64,000 bases of DNA, taken from Squalus acanthias. Taxonomy: Eukaryota. The notes under the pieces are model-generated. The model saw only the letters and a program-made list of their open reading frames with translations, had not been told where the DNA came from and searched no databases. How positions within the stretch are numbered: position 1 is the stretch's first letter; each line of letters opens with the position of its first letter. The position numbers were made by a program, and so were the translations under genes. Shown here in pieces: positions 48,201 to 58,590 of the stretch. The stretch is from assembly GCA_030390025.1 (NCBI GenBank), contig CM059432.1:122514001-122578000 (forward strand). The letters are read 5' to 3'.

Positions 48201-49800
48201 TTAACACCCTGGACGAATAGACAACCGGCCTCAGCTTGCCGTGGCGCTCTTGGAGCAGCACAGCGCTCAAGCTGTCCCCGCTGGCAGCTACCTCCAGGAA
48301 AAACTCCTTCCCCCCATCTATGGCCCCTAAGGCTGGCGCGGTCGGCAGATCCCTTTTTAACTTCTCGAAGGCTGCTTGGCAGCCCTCATCCCAAGACCAC
48401 TCCACTCCCTTATGGATGAGTCGGAGCAGCGGCGCCGCTGTGGCCGCATAGTCTTCGATAAAATCCCTGCAGTAACCGGTCAGTCCCAAGAAGGACCTCA
48501 CACCCCTTATGGTGTTGGGAATCGGTAACTCTTGCACCGACTCCCTCCTAGCTTTATCTATGGCTCTTTCCCCAGCGCGAATGGTCAGCCCCAGGAATTT
48601 TACTTCCTGCTGACCGATACGTGCTTTCTTAGGGTTTACTTTAAAACCCTTTCTCGCTAGCAGCTCCAATAACTCGGCCAGTAGTGGTCCATGCTCCTCC
48701 CTTGAATCCGTAAATAGGAGCAAATCATCCACGTACTGCACTATCTGATTGGGCTGACTAAACTCCTTTAAACTTCCTGCCATACACTGATGGAAAATAC
48801 TGGGGCTGTTGTGGAAACCCTGTGGCAGACAGTTCCATGTGTACTGTTGTCCTTTGAAAGTAAAGGCAAACTTGTACTGGTCCTCTCGCCGCAGCGGGAT
48901 GGACCAAAAACCGTTCGAGATATCCAGCACCGTGAACATGGTCGCGGACGCTGGGATACTCCCTATTAGGTCAGCAACTGCTGCTACCGTGGGCGCGCAG
49001 GCGGGAATGTTACTGTTAAGGACTCTGTAGTCCACCGTGGCCCTCCACGAATTATCCGGCTTCCTAACCGGCCATAATGGGGAGTTCACGTGTGTGGCTA
49101 TCGGCCTCAACACGCCCTGCTGCACCAAGGAGGACATTGCTGTCTCCATGTCGGGTTCTGCTTCTTTGGGGAAGTTATACTGCTTTTGGGGCCGGGTCAT
49201 GGGGTCCCCATCTACGCTGACCTCAAACCCGGCAACCCTCCCACAATCGTGCTTGTGGGTTGCAAACGCGTGCATATTATCTGACACGTACGTTTGCATG
49301 TCCGTTGGGACATCCGCGACCATAAGCCCGAGGTCGTAGCCTCCGGATGGCTTCATGGTACACAGGACCCGTGTTTCTTCCTCCCCCGGAATTACCACTA
49401 CCTCGCCTTCTTCACTCTTAGCCCCCCAGAGACAGTGATTTCTGAGGTCCACGAGGATCCCTTGCCCTGATAGGAGATCGGACCCGAGGATACCTCTCCC
49501 ACCCCCCTCCTGCCATTCCATCAGTATGCACTTCCACTTAATGTGGAGTGCTCCTAAACGAATGGATAGCGGAAGGGAGAACACGCCAGCCTGTTCTTTT
49601 CCCGTGAACCCCGCTAATGTGAATGGGACCTTGGTAGATAGCGGTGAGTCAAAAGGGCTATCTGTATGAATCACGGTGCAAGAAGCTCCCGTGTCCAACA
49701 AATAACTACCCTTCTGTTTCTCTACCTCCATTTCCACCAGGGGTCGCTTCCACGCATCATAGCTGAGCGGACACAGGTAGACGGGCTGCGCGGGCTCTAG
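45252..49800 (-). CDS. pol: Pol polyprotein (PR-RT-tether-RNase H-IN-GPY/F-acidic tail) with one +1 frameshift near 46440
   Basis: LLDTGAS, LPQGFHNSP, YVDDLL (48724-48735), YVDGSS...AQQAEL...SDS...GNQQADALA, H-H-C-C zinc finger, IDYIGP / SDQGSHF / GIVERMNRTLK, then GDQVMV...GPY in the shifted frame. Confidence 0.95.
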
Positions 49801-51606
49801 TTATTGGGTATTATTAGACGGGCCTGTGGCACCTGCGGGGCCGGTAGCAACCGCCACTTTTCCATGCGCACTCATGAGGTTACGCATGGCTCCCAACACT
49901 GTTTCGATGTCGTCGGGAGGGGTGGGTGCACTAGCTTCCCTAACAGAGACAGGCATCTGGGCTCGGGCTGCGGGATTTTTATCCCTGGAATCCTTCCAAG
50001 GGTTCCTGCAGTTCTTGCGCCAGTGCCCTGTCTTCCCACACCCGTAACAAGCATTACTTGCCTGCGGGGCGCGGTTACCCTCCTGATGCCACTCCTTTTG
50101 AGCCGGGGCTGCGGGTCGTACCTCATGTACTTTTCCCTTAATGGGACGTGTTCCCATACCCCTGATATTACGGTACCCTACCGTGAGTCGATTTAGGACC
50201 GACTCCTCTGTAATGGCGGGGTCAGTGGGATCAAACCACGCTTTTGCCTGCTCTCTGACGGCTGGCAAACTGTTGGCTACTATACACCTGAGCCAATGAG
50301 TTAAACCGATGCCTTCCACATCGTCGCGCTCTGGCGCACCTGGGCAGCTGCGCTGGTATACTGGCCACAGCCTGTCGGCGAAAACCTTCGGGGGTTCTCC
50401 CTCCATCTGCACTGTCTGTCCCACTCTAACAAACGGACCTTCATCGTCCGTCCCCAATACTTCTAGGACCTCATTCCTTAATGCCTCATAGGTCTTGGTT
50501 CCCCTCTTGCTCTCGTCCGAGTGACACTGAAGGATCGAACTACCCAATGAGAATAGCAGCATCTTTGCTGTTTCCCCATCGTCGCAGCCGTTAATGGCTG
50601 CGGTTTGCTCTATCTCCCTAAAATGCACGGAAGGGTCGTCTGACTCGGTCAGCTTCCGTACGTGACTGATCATAACCCTCAGCTGGTGTGAGCTGTGAGG
50701 CAACACAAGCTGGTTGAGGAGATTCCCTTGTTCCCCATCGTCTCTGTTCGGGCCTCTTTTGATGCCCGTGACCGGACACAACGGTCCCTTTTCCACTTCT
50801 ACCTCAGTGGGCTCTTTCGTTTCTTCTACTACTTTCTCCCTTACCCAGGTTTCTGAATAGCTGGGTGGCGCGGAGGGCGTAGTGGCTAATACTTCCTCTG
50901 CTTTGCTTGGTGGGAATTACTGAAACTCCTCATCCACTAGCGGCTGGTGTGCTGACGGACTGATAAGGCACACCATGCCGTGTGCTTTGTTCACGGCCCT
51001 TTTAAGGTGCTCTATCTCCTTTTGGCAGACGCTATGATCGGCCCCCTGATACTTATCCTCAAGGGACATCTTATATGCCGCCCTAACCCCCGTTAAGCTC
51101 TCTTCCTGGGCTTTTATTTGGGCAGCTTGGCGGGCACATCGTTCCTTTAGTCTGCCCTCACTTAACTTTGCCTCAGTGACCTGGCACTCGAGGTAATCTA
51201 TTTTTGCTTTATGGTGACTGGTGACTACCTGGCGTTCTTGGTGCAACGCATTTAAATTCCTAATGAGCAACTGCCCCCCAGTGACCTTCTCGTCCATTTC
51301 CTCCTCTAAATGCCTGATCCGAGCTGCTTGCGCTGTAATGACCTGGTTTGAAATTTGGACTTGTCTTTTATAACACATTAACCAGACCGCTTTCTCGACT
51401 GTCTTTTTGTGTTCCTTGCTATCTGTCCACCTCTCGGCTGCCTCTAGTGGACACTTATCCGCTAACAGGTCACTTATCCATTTCTTAGTTAAATTTACCT
51501 TTCCGAACACATAATCTGCTATTTTTTCTTGCATGACATTTCGTACATTCACACCAAAGTCTAACACACTACCCTCTCGCTGCCAGTGTCCTGCCGCGGT
51601 CGCCAT
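49801..51606 (-). CDS. gag: Gag polyprotein (~600 codons) with one internal in-frame TAA at 50917-50919
   Basis: The two listed ORFs share a frame. N-terminal coiled-coil-like region, PSAPPSY motif, capsid-like middle and CYGCGKTGHWRKNC zinc knuckle. Confidence 0.88.
51588..51605 (-). promoter_or_regulatory. Primer binding site, tRNA-Arg(UCG) type
   Basis: TGGCGACCGCGGCAGGAC starts 5 nt after the LTR. It is complementary to GTCCTGCCGCGGTCG-CCA, which I recall as the vertebrate tRNA-Arg(UCG) 3' end. Confidence 0.85.
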
Positions 51607-51610
51607 TTTC

Positions 51611-54600
51611 TGTAAGGGTTTCTCTGAACCTATGAGATTCGTGTGGCTCTGTGCAGCCTGGATGCTAGTGCGGGTTTAGGCCTTGTTGCCTGTTCTGGTC
51701 TCCAGCCAGTCTGGGAGTACTAGACACCTGTGAGTGGTTCGACCCACTCGCCCTTACGGTTCTGACACTGGACTTAGATGCGAGAGCAGTAATGGAGAGA
51801 AAACTCAGGTAGACCCGGTTGAATGGTACCAAATGGAAAATCTTTATTGCATATTATTCAAGATTACGAAATACATGTCATAAGCACAGATTAATGACAG
51901 TACAATCTTACACGCAGATATGTAACTAATTTCAGAGAAACGAGGAACGAACGACACATCGTAAATGGGGGCACACATTATAATTATCCTTAAAACTTAA
52001 ACCCTCCCCTATCAATACCTGCTCTAAGCTAGATTTGTAGGATCGAGACTCATGCTCACCACTCGTGATAACTCGGAGAATTCCGAAAACTCTGATCGGA
52101 TGTTTTTCACCGCAGCACCTGATCACCCACGTGTTGATCAGGGGTCTCTGTACCCCACTTGTTTACTCGTTTCTGCTCCGGCTAGCAGGCTGGACCGTCT
52201 GCTGTCATGAAGATCTGTGTTGTCCTCGGAGTTCCGACTCTACTCAAAGAAGAGTCTTCCTGTGCCCTCGCACTGATGCGATAAAATTCGAAGAATAGTC
52301 TTCCTGCCAGTTGGGTAGCAGTTACCGATTTATCGAGCGCGGTCGGGGCTTACTGACCGTGACGAGATGTATTGTCGTCTTCTCTTCTCATCTCATCTCA
52401 TCTCATCTCATCTCGTCTCATCTCATCTCATCTCAGCTTGGGCCTTCGGTTCCAACACCGTTTACCGACTTCTCGGGATGGTGCGCCCGTTTCAAGGCTT
52501 CACAGCCCAGTTCCACACAGATCTTCGCGGCACGCCACGAGGCCGATCCGGGCGGATCATAAAGTTCAACAGTCTTTTAAAAGAGACACGAGGCAAGCAG
52601 GAACAAGACGGCGAGTCAAGAGCAGCCACGAGGATAAACGCCAGCAGGATAAGAGTCAACCGAATAAGAGGATAAGAGAAAGATGGACGGCCGGAGCCTG
52701 CAGTTATAGTGCAAAACTCTTCCTTTTCCCGCCCAACCTTAATGTCTTTTCTTTTGTTAGGGTTTGGCGCTCAAATTTCTTGTATAGGGTGATCTCTGTT
52801 TTTAATGGGTTTCGGGGATACTCGTAACTGTCTGAGTACCTGTTAATACTTTTCCCATTGTTTAAACGGTCGGTGTGCTCCCTGGAGGGGTTTTGGGGCT
52901 TCCAAATGTTCTCTGTAACTACCCGCTAACGGCTCTCTCATCGTAGAGTCGTGGGGATTTTGCATATAGAAACATAGAAACATAGAAAATAGGTACAGGA
53001 GTAGACCATTCGGTCCTTCGAGCCTGCACCGCCATTCAATGCGTTCATGGCTGAACATGCTACCTCAGTACCCCATTCCTGCTTTCTCGCCATACCCCTT
53101 GATCCCCTTAGTTGTGAGTGTTATATCTAACTCCCTTTTGAATATATTTAGCGAACTGGCCTCAACAACCTTCTGTGGAAGAGAATTCCATAGATTCACC
53201 ACTCTCTGGGTGAAGAAGTTCCTCCTCAGCTCAGTCCTAAATGGCTTCCCCTTAATCCTTAGACTGTGACCCCTGGTTCTAGTTTTCCCTACCATTGGGA
53301 ACATTCTGCCCGCATCTAATTTGTCTAAACCAGTCAGGATTTTAAATGTCTCTATAAGATCCCCCCTCAGTCTTCTGAACTCCAGAGGATACAAGTTCAG
53401 TTGACCCAATCTTTCTTGATATGTCAGTCCGGCCATCCCAGGAATCAATCTAGTGAACCTTCGCTGCACTCCCTCAATAGCAAGAATGTCCTTCCTTAAG
53501 TTAGGAGACCAAAACTGCGCACAATACTCCAGGTGTGGCCTCACCAAGGCCCTGTACAACTGTAGCATCACCTCCCTACTCCTGTACTCAAATCCCCTTG
53601 CTATGAAGGCCATCATTCCGTTTGCTTTCTTGACTGCCTGCTGCACTTGCATTCCCACCTTCAGTGACTGATGTACCATGACGCCCAGGTCTCGTTGCAC
53701 GTCCCCTTTCCCTAATCTGCCACCATTCAGGTAATAGTCCGCCTCTCTATTTTTACCACCAAAGTGGATAACCTCACATTTATCCACATTGTACTTCATC
53801 TGCCATACATTTGCCCATTCACCCAACCTGTCCAAGTCACTCTGTAGCCTCCTAGCATTCTCCTCATTGTTCACACTGCCTCCCAATTTAGTGTCATCCG
53901 CAAATTTGGAGATATTACATTTAATCCCTTCGTCCAAATCATTAATATATAATGTAAACAGCTGGGGTCCCAGCACCGAACCCTGCGGTACCCCGCTGGT
54001 CACTGCCTGCCATTCTGAAAAGTACCCATTTACTCCTACTCTTTGTTTCCTGTGTGCCAACCAGTTCTCAATCCACGTCAATACATTACCCCCAATCCCA
54101 TGTGCTTTAACTTTGCTCACCAATCTCTTGTGTGGGACCTTGTCGAAGGCCTTCTGAAAGTCCAAATACACCACATCTACTGGTTCCCCCCTGTCCACCC
54201 TATTGGAAACATCCTCAAAAAATTCCAGAAGATTTGTCAAGCATGATTTCCCTTTCACAAATCCATGCTGACTTGGACCTATCATGTCGCCACTTTCCAA
54301 ATGGTCTGTTATGACATCTTTAATAATTGCTTCCATCATTTTACCCACGACCGATGTCAGGCTGACCGGTCTATAATTCCCTGCTTTCTCCCTCCCTCCT
54401 TTTTTAAAAAGAGGGGTTACATTGGCCACCCTCCACTCCATCGGAACTGATCCAGAGTCTAAGGAATGTTGGAAAATGATCGTCAATGCATCCACTATTT
54501 CCAAGGCCACCTCCTTAAGTACTCTGGGATGCAGACCATCAGGCCCCGGGGATTTTTCAGCCTTCAGTCCCATCAATTTCCCCAATACCTTTTCCCGACT

Positions 54601-54974
54601 AATAAGGATTTCCCTCAGCTCCTCCCTCTTACCAGATCCTTGGATGGGTTCTTGATCGCTTGGTACAATAGCCCTTATTTGCACCTGGGAGACCGATTTC
54701 AGTATTTATGTGTATACTGCAAACCCATGATGTCTTGTGTATTATCTCAAATGTGCTTAGTCTTGATCGATCTTGCACAAATGTTTATTGGAACGCCATC
54801 TTGTCTGCTTGTCGAAAAGTCTAGAATGTTCTGCCACGAGGCGTGGCGGCCATTTTACAGGCTGCTTGTGTCCACTTTGAAAACCTGACAGCATTCTGCT
54901 GAAATAAAACTGTTTGAACGAAACTATGTGTTTTCTCCTTATTTATAAAATCGCGATATATTGCGAATTCTACA
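51611..54974 (-). repeat. 5' LTR interrupted by a CR1 insertion
   Basis: Matches 40481-42175 apart from about eight substitutions, one extra TCTCA unit, the CR1 insert and a 12-bp loss at the insert. Confidence 0.97.
52968..54643 (-). mobile_element. Young 5'-truncated CR1 LINE with an uninterrupted RT reading frame
   Basis: KSPGPDGLHP, NYRPVSLTS, SQHGF, YLDFQKAFDKV, GVPQGSVLGP, KFADD and a (TTTCTATG)n tail. No stops over about 525 codons. Confidence 0.96.
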
Positions 54975-55059
54975 GTCATTCACCAGATTAAAAGGCTGCT
55001 GAGTTCAACCACTGCTTATACATATGAAATCAAAGACTTCACTTCTGTTCCAACCAGAG

Positions 55060-55670
55060 AGATTTAGGTATCCTAGTACAGGAAACACAAAGTTAGCATG
55101 CAGGTACAGCAAGCAATTAGGAAGGCAAATGGCATGTTGGCTTTTAGTGCAAGGGGGCTGGAATACAAGAGTAAGGAAGTCTTACTACAATTGTGCAGGG
55201 CTTTGGTGAGACCACACCTGGAATACTGTCCACAATTTTGCTCTCCTTATCTGAGGAAGGACATACTTGCCTTAGAGGCAGCGCAACAAAGGTTCACTGG
55301 ATTGATCCCTGGGATGAGAGGGTTGTCCTATGAGGAGAGATTGAGTAGACTGGGCTTATATTCTCTGGTGTTTAGAAGAATGAGAGATGATCTCATTGAA
55401 ACATACAAGATTCTGAGGGGAATCGACAGGATAGATGCTGAGAGGCTGCTTCCCCTGGCTGGAGAGTCTAGAACTAGGGGGTATAGTCTCAGGATAAGTA
55501 GTCAGCCATTTAAGACTGAGATGAGAAGGAATTTCTTCACTCAGAGGGTTGTGATCTTTGAAATTCTCTACCCCAAAGTGCTGTGGATGCTGAGTCATTG
55601 ACTATATTTAAGGCTGAGATCGATAGATTTTTGGACTCCAGAGGAATTAAGGGATATGGAGATAGGGCAG
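55060..55670 (+). mobile_element. CR1 LINE 3' fragment
   Basis: MQVQQAIRKANGMLAF...LVRPHLEYC...RRNFFTQRVV. Confidence 0.9.
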
Positions 55671-56979
55671 GATCCACTGTGCATTTGGGAGCCTGATTTA
55701 ATTTTAACTGCTACCGGCTGGGTTCCCATAGGCTCCTTCTGGGCCAGGAGGAACAGCAGTGCTCTCCCCTGCTTCTCAAGGAAGCCTTCAGCCTCCCTTC
55801 TGCTTATTGCGGCTTCTCACTAGCCTCTGCCATGATCAGTAACCTGCCCCACCTCCAGCCCCGGTCTGCAGCCTGCTCCAAGATCGGCCGAACCCCCCCA
55901 CAACTGAAGCCTGCCTTGCGATTGCCAACCCCGTCCCCCCGCAACGGAAACCTGCCCAGCGATCGTGATTGTTGGGGACCGTCCTCAAGGGTTCTCGGCT
56001 GTAGCATCCTGCTGCTGGTTTTACCGCCCAGCAGCCGACCAGCCTGTCAATTTGTCCAGCTGCCAGGCGGGAAATGGGTGAAAACTTATAATGAGGTCCT
56101 GCTGTTAAATACATCCCCGGCCTTGCTGGGTTTCCCCCACACACACACTCTCCCCGCTTCCCCGAAAATATTGGGCCGATAGAATACAACTGAAACGTCA
56201 AATAACTATTGATAGAGAATTAGCAATCAACAAACACTTCAAGTGAATATTATAAAGCTCAACTTAATCTCAATATAAAACCATTACACATGCAAGTGCT
56301 CGAGAATACTTCTGCGTTTACAATTCACTGGTAATCTTCTCCAATTAGTTAAAAATATAACCTGTACCCAATAGACCTTACAGCTTATTATTGTCATGAT
56401 GCTTCACACCTACGCTTTTAATCAATTCAAACCCACAAAATGAGTTCTTCCTGGGTTAGTAAGTGCCTCACTCTTTCTTACAGAAAGCACCTGTAGTAAA
56501 ACACTCAGACAACTTTTTTCCCCAAAACTACAAGACAGTTTGTTTTTCTAAACCAGTCTCTCACCAGAGCATCCAACTCGTGTTTGTGATTCATTGGCTT
56601 TCGTATCTCACCTAACCATCAGCTGAGAAATAAAACCAATACAAAGAAAGCTTCAAGAGCTTAAATTGTGTACTGAGACCTCAAGAGAAGAAGCAGTTCC
56701 CCTTTTCTCATGGCTGAATATTGTGCTGGGATGAAAACAACTCAACATTGAGAAAACATTGGCCTTTTGACATGAGGTTTGAAAGGCTGAAATGTTTGAA
56801 AGACTAAGCAGTAAGTGCAGCCTCTCTTTTGAATCGCAGGGGTGCGACTACAGAACAGTTTTTAAAATCATTTATAGTTGAGCTCCCGTGGTATTGCTCA
56901 CAGTGAGTGCCAGGTTATGCCAGTATAAAACAGGGTGCATAAAACGTGAGCGTGAACTCTCAGATCTTCAGAGGAGCGA

Positions 56980-58590
56980 GTGCAATGTATTTAAGTGTGC
57001 TGCTGATAAAAATCTCGGTGGGAAAGTAAGCTGTGAGGAGGCTGTAAAGACTCTGCAAAGGGATATAGACAAGTTAAGTGAGTGGGCAAGAAGGTGGCAG
57101 CTTGAGTATAATGTGGGGAAATGTGAGGTTATTCACATTGGTAGGAAGAACAGAAAAGCAGAATATTTTTTAAAAGGTGAGAGCCTAATAAATGTTGGTA
57201 TTCAGATGGATTTGGGGGTCATTGTACATGAATCACAGAAAGTTAACATGCAGGTACAGCAAGCAATTAGGAAGGCAAATGGTATGCTAGTCTTTATTGC
57301 AACGGGGTTGGAGTATAAGAGTAAGAATGTCTTGCTGCAATTATGTAGGGCTTTGGTGAGCCCACACCTGGTGTACGGTGTACAGTTTTGATCTCCATGC
57401 CTTAGGAGGGAGTGCAACAAAGGTTCACTAGATTCATTCCAGGAATGAGAGGATTGTCCTATGAGGAAAGATTGAGTAGAATGGGCCTATATTCTCTGAA
57501 GTTTAGAAGCATGAGAAGTGATCTCATTGAAATGTATAAAATTCTTAGAGAGCTTGACAGGTGCAAGACCTTTAAATCCACCCTTGTCCTTTAACCCGTC
57601 CAACAGTTTCCAAAGTTCAAACCCATGGAACAGACACAAAACACAAGGATTCGAGAATAACTTTCTTTTTACATAAAATCAGCAAGAGGTTACAAGTAAG
57701 CTCACACAAAACTGTTGCATATAATAGTCCTGATTATATCTAAGCATACATGGGTTTATTCCCTTACTTTAAGATCAAGTGATAATAAGCCAACACTACA
57801 TACGTACTAACACCAGCGAGTGGTCAGTTCGGCAGTGACTAGGCGTATGATTTCTGGCAACTGACCAGGTCGCCTCTGACTGCAGCAGCCCCCAAGTGTC
57901 TTAAAACAGCATCGCTTATACCCTAAAAACCTGGGCAGGCTCCTCAATGCGTATGTGTCCCAAACTGTGTGACAAATGGTTGGCAGTTGTTTTCCTCTTC
58001 TTATCAGTGGGCCCCAAGGCCCTTCGCACTATTTGCCTGAAGATGTTCCTGTCTTTGTAATGCCCAACCGTTTGTTCCTGCTCAGGGTCTATCGCTTCCT
58101 TATCTGATTAACAGCTTTCGTACAAAGTTCCCACAGGAACCAACCTCTCAACCTCCCGAAGCATGCTGGGATATTAAATTTGGTCAACTTTTTATGTTTG
58201 GTCAAGTTATAGCAAATTCTTACAGCAAATGGCTTATTCTTACACAGGGTAGCTGCTGAGAGGCTGTTTCCCCTGCCTGGAGAGTCCAGAAATAGGGGTC
58301 ATAGACTCAGGATAAGCGGTCAGCCATTTAGGGCTGAGATGAGGAGAAATTTCTTCACTCAGAGGGTTGTGAATCTTTGGAATTCTCTACCCGAGGGCTG
58401 TGGATGCTCAGTTGATTAGTATATTCAAGACTGAAATCAATAGGTTTTGGGGCACTGAGGGGATCAAGGAATATGGGGACAGGGTGGAAAAGTGGAGTTG
58501 ATGTAAAAGTTTAGTCATGATCTTATTAAATGGCAGAGCAGGCTCGAGGGGCCGTGTGGCCAACTCCCGCTCTTATTTCTTATGTTCATA
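56980..58590 (+). mobile_element. CR1 LINE 3' fragment split by a solo LTR
   Basis: LQRDIDKLSEWA...YNVGKCEVIH...ILRELDR, resuming at 58245 and ending in the CR1 tail. Confidence 0.88.
57562..58244 (-). mobile_element. Solo LTR, 683 bp
   Basis: TGCAAGA...TCTTACA termini, 4-bp TSD CAGG (57558-57561 and 58245-58248), minus-strand TATAA and AATAAA candidates. Confidence 0.85.

Larger units (their letters stand above)
40481..54974 (-). mobile_element. Near-intact endogenous retrovirus (LTR-gag-pol-env-LTR), lokiretrovirus-like
   Basis: Paired TG...CA LTRs, PBS, PPT, gag with CCHC, pol with PR-RT(YVDD)-degenerate RH-RH-IN, and env with signal peptide, furin site and TM helix. Confidence 0.95.

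Noticed and set aside
50917..51606. Separate accessory ORF upstream of gag
   Set aside because: It is in frame with the downstream gag ORF across a single TAA, and the gap encodes a late-domain motif. A broken gag is simpler, pending comparison with other copies.
53065..54684. 539-aa ORF as an LTR-CR1 fusion gene or extra viral gene
   Set aside because: It starts at a GTG in LTR sequence that happens to be in frame. The rest is a 5'-truncated CR1 RT with no endonuclease.
40481..54974. Foamy virus assignment based on YVDD and 1.7 kb LTRs
   Set aside because: Gag has a CCHC knuckle, gag and pol share a frame, the PBS is not tRNA-Lys, and no accessory ORFs lie between env and the 3' LTR.
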